DNA of 64,000 nucleotides from positions 310,001 through 374,000 of the forward strand of contig CAXKVF010000074.1 of assembly GCA_964057225.1 (NCBI GenBank), written 5' to 3'. Position numbers and translations under genes: made by a program. The notes beneath the pieces are model-generated. The model searched no databases. It was not told where the DNA came from and was given only the letters and a program-made list of their open reading frames with translations. The DNA comes from Auanema rhodensis (lineage: Eukaryota; Animalia; Nematoda). Of this stretch, positions 1 to 12,100 are shown in pieces (the first letter of the stretch is position 1; the number at the start of each line of letters is the position of its first letter).

Positions 1-7
1 TATTGGT

Positions 8-22
8 GCATGGTAACCATGA
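8..22. other. Interrupted palindrome CATGGT-A-ACCATG in essentially every monomer (pos 9-21; 15-bp TCATGGTAACCATGA when pos 8 is T)
   Basis: Read directly; contains a BstEII site (GGTNACC). Confidence 0.95.
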
Positions 23-95
23 CTTTGAAATTTACGTGAACTTTAATTTATGCTAATTAAATGTACACGTGATGTGCACTTGGTATGTAACTCGC

Positions 96-105
96 TTCAC
101 GTGAA
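96..105. other. Perfect 10-bp palindrome TTCACGTGAA (E-box core CACGTG) in essentially every monomer; a second CACGTG lies at pos 66-71
   Basis: Read directly; protein binding is not demonstrated. Confidence 0.9.
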
Positions 106-3100
106 AGATAAAGAGATGCGGTTTTCAAAATTAGATTCCCCATGTCCATATTAGTCTAAAAACAAATTTTTATTGATATTGGTTCATGGTAACCATGACT
201 TTGAAATTTACGTGAACTTTAATTAATGCTAATTAAATGTACACGTGATGTGCACTTGGTTTGTAACTCGCTTCACGTGAAAGATAAAGAGATCCGGTTT
301 TCAAAATTAGATTCCCCATGTCCATATTAGTCTAAAAACAAATTTTTATTGATATTGTTTCATGGTAACCATGACTTTGAAATTTACGTGAACTTTAATT
401 TATGCTAATTAAATGTACACGTGATGTGCACTTGGTATGTAACTCGCTTCACGTGAAAGATAAAGAGATGCGGTTTTCAAAATTAGATTTCCCATGTCCA
501 TATTAGTCTAAAAACAAATTTTTATTGATATTGGTTCATGGTAACCATAACTTTGAATTTTACGTGAACTTTAATTTATGCTAATTAAATGTACACGTGA
601 TGTGCACTTGGTATGTAACTCGCTTCACGTGAAAGATAAAGAAATGCGGTTTTCAAAATTAGATTCCCCATGTCCATATTAGTCTAAAAACAAATTTTTA
701 TTGATATTGGTTCATGGTAACCATGACTTTGAAATTTACGTGAACTTTAATTTATGCTAATTAAATGTACACGTGATGTGCACTTGGTATGTAACTCGCT
801 TCACGTGAAAGATAAAGAGATGCGGTTTTCAAAATTAGATTCCCCATGTCCATATTAGTCTAAAAACAAATTTTTATTGATATTGCTTCATGGTAACCAT
901 GACTTTGAAATTTACGTGAACTTTAATTTATGCTAATTAAATGTACACGTGATGTGCACTTGGTATGTAACTCGCTTCACGTGAAAGATAAAAAGATGCG
1001 GTTTTCAAAATTAGATTCCCCATGTCCATATTAGTCTAAAAACAAATTTTTATTGATATTGGTGCATGGTAACCATGACTTTGAAATTTACGTGAACTTT
1101 AATTTATGCTAATTAAATGTACACGTGATGTGCACTTGGTATGTAACTCGCTTCACGTGAAAGATGAAGAGATGCGGTTTTCAAAATTAGATTCCCCATG
1201 TCCATATTAGTCTAAAAACAAATTTTTATTGATATTGGTTCATGGTAACCATGACTTTGAAATTTACGTGAACTTTCATTTATGCTAATTAAATGTACAC
1301 GTGATGTGCACTTGGTATGTAACTCGCTTCACGTGAAAGATAAAGAGATGCGGTTTTCAAAATTAGATTCCCCATGTCCATATTAGTCTAAAAACAAATT
1401 TTTATTGATATTGGTGCATGGTAACCATGACTTTAAAATTTACGTGAACTTTAATTTATGCTAATTAAATGTACACGTGATGTGCACTTGGTATGTAACT
1501 CGCTTCTCGTGAAAGATAAAGAGATGCGGTTTTCAAAATTAGATTCCCCATGTCCATATTAGTCTAAAAACAAATTTTTATTGATATTGGTTCATGGTAA
1601 CCATGACTTTGAAATTTACGTGAACTTTAATTTATGCCAATTAAATGTACACGTGATGTGCACTTGGTATGTAACTCGCTTCACGTGAAAGATAAAGAGA
1701 TGCGGTTTTCAAAATTAGATTCCCCATGTCCATATTAGTCTAAAAACAAATTTTTATTGATATTAATGCATGGTAACCATGACTTTGAAATTTACGTGAA
1801 CTTTAATTTATGCTAATTAAATGTACACGTGATGTGCACTTGGTATGTAACTCGCTTCACGTGAAAGATGAAGAGATGCGGTTTTCAAAATTAGATTCCC
1901 CATGTCCATATTAGTCTAAAAACAAATTTTTATTGATATTGGTGCATGGTAACCATGACTTTGAAATTTACGTGAACTTTAATTTATGCTAATTAAATGT
2001 ACACGTGATGTGCACTTGGTATGCAACTCGCTTCACGTGAAAGATAAAGAGATGCGGTTTTCAAAATTAGATTCCCCATGTCCATATTAGTCTAAAAACA
2101 AATTTTTATTGATATTGGTGCATGGTAACCATGACTTTGAAATTTACGTGAACTTCAATTTATGCTAATTAAATGTACACGTGATGTGCACTTGGTATGT
2201 AACTCGCTTCACGTGAAAGATAAAGAGATGCGGTTTTCAAAATTAGATTCCCCATGTCCATATTAGTCTAAAAACAAATTTTTATTGATATTGGTTCATG
2301 GTAACCATGACTTTGAAATTTACGTGAACTTTAATTTATGCTAATTAAATGTACACGTGATGTGCACTTGGTATGTAACTCGCTTCACGTGAAAGATAAA
2401 GAGATGCGGTTTTCAAAATTAGATTTCCCATGTCCATATTAGTCTAAAAACAAATTTTTATTGATATTGGTTCATGGTAACCATAACTTTGAATTTTACG
2501 TGAACTTTAATTTATGCTAATTAAATGTACACGTGATGTGCACTTGGTATGTAACTCGCTTCACGTGAAAGATAAAGAGATGCGGTTTTCAAAATTAGAT
2601 TTCCCATGTCCATATTAGTCTAAAAACAAATTTTTATTGATATTGGTTCATGGTAACCATAACTTTGAATTTTACGTGAACTTTAATTTATGCTAATTAA
2701 ATGTACACGTGATGTGCACTTGGTATGTAACTCGCTTCACGTGAAAGATAAAGAAATGCGGTTTTCAAAATTAGATTCCCCATGTCCATATTAGTCTAAA
2801 AACAAATTTTTATTGATATTGGTGCATGGTAACCATGACTTTGAAATTTACGTGAACTTTAATTTATGCTAATTAAATGTACACGTGATGTGCACTTGGT
2901 ATGTAACTCGCTTCACGTGAAAGATAAAGAGATGCGGTTTTCAAAATTAGATTCCCCATGTCCATATTAGTCTAAAAACAAATTTTTATTGATATTGGTT
3001 CATGGTAACCATGACTTTGAAATTTACGTGAACTTTAATTTATGCTAATTAAATGTACACGTGATGTGCACTTGGTATGTAACTCGCTTCACGTGAAAGA

Positions 3101-6100
3101 TAAAGAGATGCGGTTTTCAAAATTAGATTCCCCATGTCCATATTAGTCTAAAAACAAATTTTTATTGATATTGGTGCATGGTAACCATGACTTTGAAATT
3201 TACGTGAACTTTAATTTATGCTAATTAAATGTACACGTGATGTGCACTTGGTATGTAACTCGCTTCACGTGAAAGATGAAGAGATGCGGTTTTCAAAATT
3301 AGATTCCCCATGTCCATATTAGTCTAAAAACAAATTTTTATTGATATTGGTGCATGGTAACCATGACTTTGAAATTTACGTGAACTTTAATTTATGCTAA
3401 TTAAATGTACACGTGATGTGCACTTGGTATGTAACTCGCTTCACGTGAAAGATAAAGAGATGCGGTTTTCAAAATTAGATTCCCCATGTCCATATTAGTC
3501 TAAAAACAAATTTTTATTGATATTGGTGCATGGTAACCATGACTTTGAAATTTACGTGAACTTTAATTTATGCTAATTAAATGTACACGTGATGTGCACT
3601 TGGTATGTAACTCGCTTCACGTGAAAGATGAAGAGATGCGGTTTTCAAAATTAGATTCCCCATGTCCATATTAGTCTAAAAACAAATTTTTATTGATATT
3701 GGTGCATGGTAACCATGACTTTGAAATTTACGTGAACTTTAATTTATGCTAATTAAATGTACACGTGATGTGCACTTGGTATGTAACTCGCTTCACGTGA
3801 AAGATAAAGAGATGCGGTTTTCAAAATTAGATTCCCCATGTCCATATTAGTCTAAAAACAAATTTTTATTGATATTGGTGCATGGTAACCATGACTTTGA
3901 AATTTACGTGAACTTCAATTTATGCTAATTAAATGTACACGTGATGTGCACTTGGTATGTAACTCGCTTCACGTGAAAGATAAAGAGATGCGGTTTTCAA
4001 AATTAGATTCCCCATGTCCATATTAGTCTAAAAACAAATTTTTATTGATATTGGTGCATGGTAACCATGACTTTGAAATTTACGTGAACTTTAATTTATG
4101 CTAATTAAATGTACACGTGATGTGCACTTGGTATGTAACTCGCTTCACGTGAAAGATAAAGAGATGCGGTTTTCAAAATTAGATTCCCCATGTCCATATT
4201 AGTCTAAAAACAAATTTTTATTGATATTGGTGCATGGTAACCATGACTTTGAAATTTACGTGAACTTTAATTTATGCTAATTAAATGTACACGTGATGTG
4301 CACTTGGTATGTAACTCGCTTCACGTGAAAGATGAAGAGATGCGGTTTTCAAAATTAGATTCCCCATGTCCATATTAGTCTAAAAACAAATTTTTATTGA
4401 TATTGGTGCATGGTAACCATGACTTTGAAATTTACGTGAACTTTAATTTATGCTAATTAAATGTACACGTGATGTGCACTTGGTATGTAACTCGCTTCAC
4501 GTGAAAGATAAAGAGATGCGGTTTTCAAAATTAGATTCCCCATGTCCATATTAGTCTAAAAACAAATTTTTATTGATATTGGTGCATGGTAACCATGACT
4601 TTGAAATTTACGTGAACTTCAATTTATGCTAATTAAATGTACACGTGATGTGCACTTGGTATGTAACTCGCTTCACGTGAAAGATAAAGAGATGCGGTTT
4701 TCAAAATTAGATTCCCCATGTCCATATTAGTCTAAAAACAAATTTTTATTGATATTGGTGCATGGTAACCATGACTTTGAAATTTACGTGAACTTTAATT
4801 TATGCTAATTAAATGTACACGTGATGTGCACTTGGTATGTAACTCGCTTCACGTGAAAGATAAAGAGATGCGGTTTTCAAAATTAGATTCCCCATGTCCA
4901 TATTAGTCTAAAAACAAATTTTTATTGATATTGGTGCATGGTAACCATGACTTTGAAATTTACGTGAACTTTAATTTATGCTAATTAAATGTACACGTGA
5001 TGTGCACTTGGTATGTAACTCGCTTCACGTGAAAGATAAAGAGATGCGGTTTTCAAAATTAGATTCCCCATGTCCATATTAGTCTAAAAACAAATTTTTA
5101 TTGATATTGGTGCATGGTAACCATGACTTTGAAATTTACGTGAACTTTAATTTATGCTAATTAAATGTACACGTGATGTGCACTTGGTATGTAACTCGCT
5201 TCACGTGAAAGATGAAGAGATGCCGTTTTCAAAATTAGATTCCCCATGTCCATATTAGTCTAAAAACAAATTTTTATTGATATTGGTGCATGGTAACCAT
5301 GACTTTGAAATTTACGTGAACTTTAATTTATGCTAATTAAATGTACACGTGATGTGCACTTGGTATGTAACTCGCTTCACGTGAAAGATAAAGAGATGCG
5401 GTTTTCAAAATTAGATTCCCCATGTCCATATTAGTCTAAAAACAAATTTTTATTGATATTGGTGCATGGTAACCATGACTTTGAAATTTACGTGAACTTT
5501 AATTTATGCTAATTAAATGTACACGTGATGTGCACTTGGTATGTAACTCGCTTCACGTGAAAGATGAAGAGATGCCGTTTTCAAAATTAGATTCCCCATG
5601 TCCATATTAGTCTAAAAACAAATTTTTATTGATATTGGTGCATGGTAACCATGACTTTGAAATTTACGTGAACTTTAATTTATGCTAATTAAATGCACAC
5701 GTGATGTGCACTTGGTATGTAACTCGCTTCACGTGAAAGATAAAGAGATGCGGTTTTCAAAATTAGATTCCCCATGTCCATATTAGTCTAAAAACAAATT
5801 TTTATTGATATTGGTTCATGGTAACCATGACTTTGAAATTTACGTGAACTTTAATTTATGCTAATTAAATGTACACGTGATGTGCACTTGGTATGTAACT
5901 CGCTTCACGTGAAAGATAAAGAGATGCGGTTTTCAAAATTAGATTCCCCATGTCCATATTAGTCTAAAAACAAATTTTTATTGATATTGGTGCATGGTAA
6001 CCATGACTTTGAAATTTACGTGAACTTTAATTTATGCTAATTAAATGTACACGTGATGTGCACTTGGTATGTAACTCGCTTCACGTGAAAGATAAAGAGA

Positions 6101-9100
6101 TGCGGTTTTCAAAATTAGATTCCCCATGTCCATATTAGTCTAAAAACAAATTTTTATTGATATTGGTGCATGGTAACCATGACTTTGAAATTTACGTGAA
6201 CTTTAATTTATGCTAATTAAATGTACACGTGATGTGCACTTGGTATGTAACTCGCTTCACGTGAAAGATGAAGAGATGCCGTTTTCAAAATTAGATTCCC
6301 CATGTCCATATTAGTCTAAAAACAAATTTTTATTGATATTGGTGCATGGTAACCATGACTTTGAAATTTACGTGAACTTTAATTTATGCTAATTAAATGT
6401 ACACGTGATGTGCACTTGGTATGTAACTCGCTTCACGTGAAAGATAAAGAGATGCGGTTTTCAAAATTAGATTCCCCATGTCCATATTAGTCTAAAAACA
6501 AATTTTTATTGATATTGGTGCATGGTAACCATGACTTTGAAATTTACGTGAACTTTAATTTATGCTAATTAAATGTACACGTGATGTGCACTTGGTATGT
6601 AACTCGCTTCACGTGAAAGATAAAGAGATGCGGTTTTCAAAATTAGATTCCCCATGTCCATATTAGTCTTAAAACAAATTTTTATTGATATTGGTGCATG
6701 GTAACCATGACTTTGAAATTTACGTGAACTTTAATTTATGCTAATTAAATGTACACGTGATGTGCACTTGGTATGCAACTCGCTTCACGTGAAAGATAAA
6801 GAGATGCGGTTTTCAAAATTAGATTCCCCATGTCCATATTAGTCTAAAAACAAATTTTTATTGATATTGATGCATGGTAACCATGACTTTGAAATTTACG
6901 TGAACTTTAATTTATGCTAATTAAATGTACACGTGATGTGCACTTGGTATGTAACTCGCTTCACGTGAAAGATGAAGAGATGCGGTTTTCAAAATTAGAT
7001 TCCTCATGTCCATATTAGTCTAAAAACAAATTTTTATTGATATTGGTTCATGGTAACCATGACTTTGAAATTTACGTGAACTTTAATTTATGCTAATTAA
7101 ATGTACACGTGATGTGCACTTGGTATGTAACTCGTTTCACGTGAAAGATAAAGAGATGAGGTTTTCAAAATTAGATTCCCCATGTCCATATTAGTCTAAA
7201 AACAAATTTTTATTGATATTGGTGCATGGTAACCATGACTTTGAAATTTACGTGAACTTTAATTTATGCTAATTAAATGTACACGTGATGTGCACTTGGT
7301 ATGTAACTCGCTTCACGTGAAAGATAAAGAGATGCGGTTTTCAAAATTAGATTCCCCATGTCCATATTAGTCTAAAAACAAATTTTTATTGATATTGGTG
7401 CATGGTAACCATGACTTTGAAATTTACGTGAACTTTAATTTATGCTAATTAAATGTACACGTGATGTGCACTTGGTATGTAACTCGCTTCACGTGAAAGA
7501 TGAAGAGATGCCGTTTTCAAAATTAGATTCCCCATGTCCATATTAGTCTAAAAACAAATTTTTATTGATATTGGTGCATGGTAACCATGACTTTGAAATT
7601 TACGTGAACTTTAATTTATGCTAATTAAATGTACACGTGATGTGCACTTGGTATGTAACTCGCTTCACGTGAAAGATAAAGAGATGCGGTTTTCAAAATT
7701 AGATTCCCCATGTCCATATTAGTCTAAAAACAAATTTTTATTGATATTGGTTCATGGTAACCATGACTTTGAAATTTACGTGAACTTTAATTTATGCTAA
7801 TTAAATGTACACGTGATGTGCACTTGGTATGTAACTCGCTTCACGTGAAAGATAAAGAGATGCGGTTTTCAAAATTAGATTCCCCATGTCCATATTAGTC
7901 TAAAAACAAATTTTTATTGATATTGGTGCATGGTAACCATGACTTTGAAATTTACGTGAACTTTAATTTATGCTAATTAAATGTACATGTGATGTGCACT
8001 TGGTATGTAACTCGCTTCACGTGAAAGATAAAGAGATGCGGTTTTCAAAATTAGATTCCCCATGTCCATATTAGTCTAAAAACAAATTTTTATTGATATT
8101 GGTGCATGGTAACCATGACTTTGAAATTTACGTGAACTTTAATTTATGCTAATTAAATGTACACGTGATGTGCACTTGGTATGTAACTCGCTTCACGTGA
8201 AAGATAAAGAGATGCGGTTTTCAAAATTAGATTCCCCATGTCCATATTAGTCTTAAAACAAATTTTTATTGATATTGGTGCATGGTAACCATGACTTTGA
8301 AATTTACGTGAACTTTAATTTATGCTAATTAAATGTACACGTGATGTGCACTTGGTATGTAACTCGCTTCACGTGAAAGATAAAGAGATGCGGTTTTCAA
8401 AATTAGATTCCCCATGTCCATATTAGTCTAAAAACAAAATTTTATTGATATTGGTGCATGGTAACCATGACTTTGAAATTTACGTGAACTTTAATTTATG
8501 CTAATTAAATGTACACGTGATGTGCACTTGGTATGTAACTCGCTTCACGTGAAAGATAAAGAGATGCGGTTTTCAAAATTAGATTCCCCATGTCCATATT
8601 AGTCTAAAAACAAATTTTTATTGATATTGGTTCATGGTAACCATGACTTTGAAATTTACGTGAACTTTAATTAATGCTAATTAAATGTACACGTGATGTG
8701 CACTTGGTTTGTAACTCGCTTCACGTGAAAGATAAAGAGATCCGGTTTTCAAAATTAGATTCCCCATGTCCATATTAGTCTAAAAACAAATTTTTATTGA
8801 TATTGTTTCATGGTAACCATGACTTTGAAATTTACGTGAACTTTAATTTATGCTAATTAAATGTACACGTGATGTGCACTTGGTATGTAACTCGCTTCAC
8901 GTGAAAGATAAAGAGATGCGGTTTTCAAAATTAGATTTCCCATGTCCATATTAGTCTAAAAACAAATTTTTATTGATATTGGTTCATGGTAACCATAACT
9001 TTGAATTTTACGTGAACTTTAATTTATGCTAATTAAATGTACACGTGATGTGCACTTGGTATGTAACTCGCTTCACGTGAAAGATAAAGAAATGCGGTTT

Positions 9101-12100
9101 TCAAAATTAGATTCCCCATGTCCATATTAGTCTAAAAACAAATTTTTATTGATATTGGTTCATGGTAACCATGACTTTGAAATTTACGTGAACTTTAATT
9201 TATGCTAATTAAATGTACACGTGATGTGCACTTGGTATGTAACTCGCTTCACGTGAAAGATAAAGAGATGCGGTTTTCAAAATTAGATTCCCCATGTCCA
9301 TATTAGTCTAAAAACAAATTTTTATTGATATTGCTTCATGGTAACCATGACTTTGAAATTTACGTGAACTTTAATTTATGCTAATTAAATGTACACGTGA
9401 TGTGCACTTGGTATGTAACTCGCTTCACGTGAAAGATAAAAAGATGCGGTTTTCAAAATTAGATTCCCCATGTCCATATTAGTCTAAAAACAAATTTTTA
9501 TTGATATTGGTGCATGGTAACCATGACTTTGAAATTTACGTGAACTTTAATTTATGCTAATTAAATGTACACGTGATGTGCACTTGGTATGTAACTCGCT
9601 TCACGTGAAAGATGAAGAGATGCGGTTTTCAAAATTAGATTCCCCATGTCCATATTAGTCTAAAAACAAATTTTTATTGATATTGGTTCATGGTAACCAT
9701 GACTTTGAAATTTACGTGAACTTTCATTTATGCTAATTAAATGTACACGTGATGTGCACTTGGTATGTAACTCGCTTCACGTGAAAGATAAAGAGATGCG
9801 GTTTTCAAAATTAGATTCCCCATGTCCATATTAGTCTAAAAACAAATTTTTATTGATATTGGTGCATGGTAACCATGACTTTAAAATTTACGTGAACTTT
9901 AATTTATGCTAATTAAATGTACACGTGATGTGCACTTGGTATGTAACTCGCTTCTCGTGAAAGATAAAGAGATGCGGTTTTCAAAATTAGATTCCCCATG
10001 TCCATATTAGTCTAAAAACAAATTTTTATTGATATTGGTTCATGGTAACCATGACTTTGAAATTTACGTGAACTTTAATTTATGCCAATTAAATGTACAC
10101 GTGATGTGCACTTGGTATGTAACTCGCTTCACGTGAAAGATAAAGAGATGCGGTTTTCAAAATTAGATTCCCCATGTCCATATTAGTCTAAAAACAAATT
10201 TTTATTGATATTAATGCATGGTAACCATGACTTTGAAATTTACGTGAACTTTAATTTATGCTAATTAAATGTACACGTGATGTGCACTTGGTATGTAACT
10301 CGCTTCACGTGAAAGATGAAGAGATGCGGTTTTCAAAATTAGATTCCCCATGTCCATATTAGTCTAAAAACAAATTTTTATTGATATTGGTGCATGGTAA
10401 CCATGACTTTGAAATTTACGTGAACTTTAATTTATGCTAATTAAATGTACACGTGATGTGCACTTGGTATGCAACTCGCTTCACGTGAAAGATAAAGAGA
10501 TGCGGTTTTCAAAATTAGATTCCCCATGTCCATATTAGTCTAAAAACAAATTTTTATTGATATTGGTGCATGGTAACCATGACTTTGAAATTTACGTGAA
10601 CTTCAATTTATGCTAATTAAATGTACACGTGATGTGCACTTGGTATGTAACTCGCTTCACGTGAAAGATAAAGAGATGCGGTTTTCAAAATTAGATTCCC
10701 CATGTCCATATTAGTCTAAAAACAAATTTTTATTGATATTGGTTCATGGTAACCATGACTTTGAAATTTACGTGAACTTTAATTTATGCTAATTAAATGT
10801 ACACGTGATGTGCACTTGGTATGTAACTCGCTTCACGTGAAAGATAAAGAGATGCGGTTTTCAAAATTAGATTTCCCATGTCCATATTAGTCTAAAAACA
10901 AATTTTTATTGATATTGGTTCATGGTAACCATAACTTTGAATTTTACGTGAACTTTAATTTATGCTAATTAAATGTACACGTGATGTGCACTTGGTATGT
11001 AACTCGCTTCACGTGAAAGATAAAGAGATGCGGTTTTCAAAATTAGATTTCCCATGTCCATATTAGTCTAAAAACAAATTTTTATTGATATTGGTTCATG
11101 GTAACCATAACTTTGAATTTTACGTGAACTTTAATTTATGCTAATTAAATGTACACGTGATGTGCACTTGGTATGTAACTCGCTTCACGTGAAAGATAAA
11201 GAAATGCGGTTTTCAAAATTAGATTCCCCATGTCCATATTAGTCTAAAAACAAATTTTTATTGATATTGGTGCATGGTAACCATGACTTTGAAATTTACG
11301 TGAACTTTAATTTATGCTAATTAAATGTACACGTGATGTGCACTTGGTATGTAACTCGCTTCACGTGAAAGATAAAGAGATGCGGTTTTCAAAATTAGAT
11401 TCCCCATGTCCATATTAGTCTAAAAACAAATTTTTATTGATATTGGTTCATGGTAACCATGACTTTGAAATTTACGTGAACTTTAATTTATGCTAATTAA
11501 ATGTACACGTGATGTGCACTTGGTATGTAACTCGCTTCACGTGAAAGATAAAGAGATGCGGTTTTCAAAATTAGATTCCCCATGTCCATATTAGTCTAAA
11601 AACAAATTTTTATTGATATTGGTGCATGGTAACCATGACTTTGAAATTTACGTGAACTTTAATTTATGCTAATTAAATGTACACGTGATGTGCACTTGGT
11701 ATGTAACTCGCTTCACGTGAAAGATGAAGAGATGCGGTTTTCAAAATTAGATTCCCCATGTCCATATTAGTCTAAAAACAAATTTTTATTGATATTGGTG
11801 CATGGTAACCATGACTTTGAAATTTACGTGAACTTTAATTTATGCTAATTAAATGTACACGTGATGTGCACTTGGTATGTAACTCGCTTCACGTGAAAGA
11901 TAAAGAGATGCGGTTTTCAAAATTAGATTCCCCATGTCCATATTAGTCTAAAAACAAATTTTTATTGATATTGGTGCATGGTAACCATGACTTTGAAATT
12001 TACGTGAACTTTAATTTATGCTAATTAAATGTACACGTGATGTGCACTTGGTATGTAACTCGCTTCACGTGAAAGATGAAGAGATGCGGTTTTCAAAATT

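Larger units (their letters stand above)
1..176 (+). repeat. Reference consensus monomer (176 bp) used for monomer coordinates
   Basis: Matches the majority sequence of the array; position 177 restarts TATTGG. Confidence 0.98.

Noticed and set aside
1-176. Tandem 5S rRNA, tRNA, snRNA or spliced-leader gene array
   Set aside because: No recognisable conserved RNA sequence, cloverleaf or Pol III A/B/C boxes.
1-176. Assignment to a known satellite (primate alpha 171 bp, Arabidopsis CEN178, honey-bee AluI 176 bp) or a CENP-B box
   Set aside because: I recognise no sequence similarity; the consensus has no AGCT site and no TTCG....A..CGGG motif. Similar length alone is not evidence, and a database search is needed.
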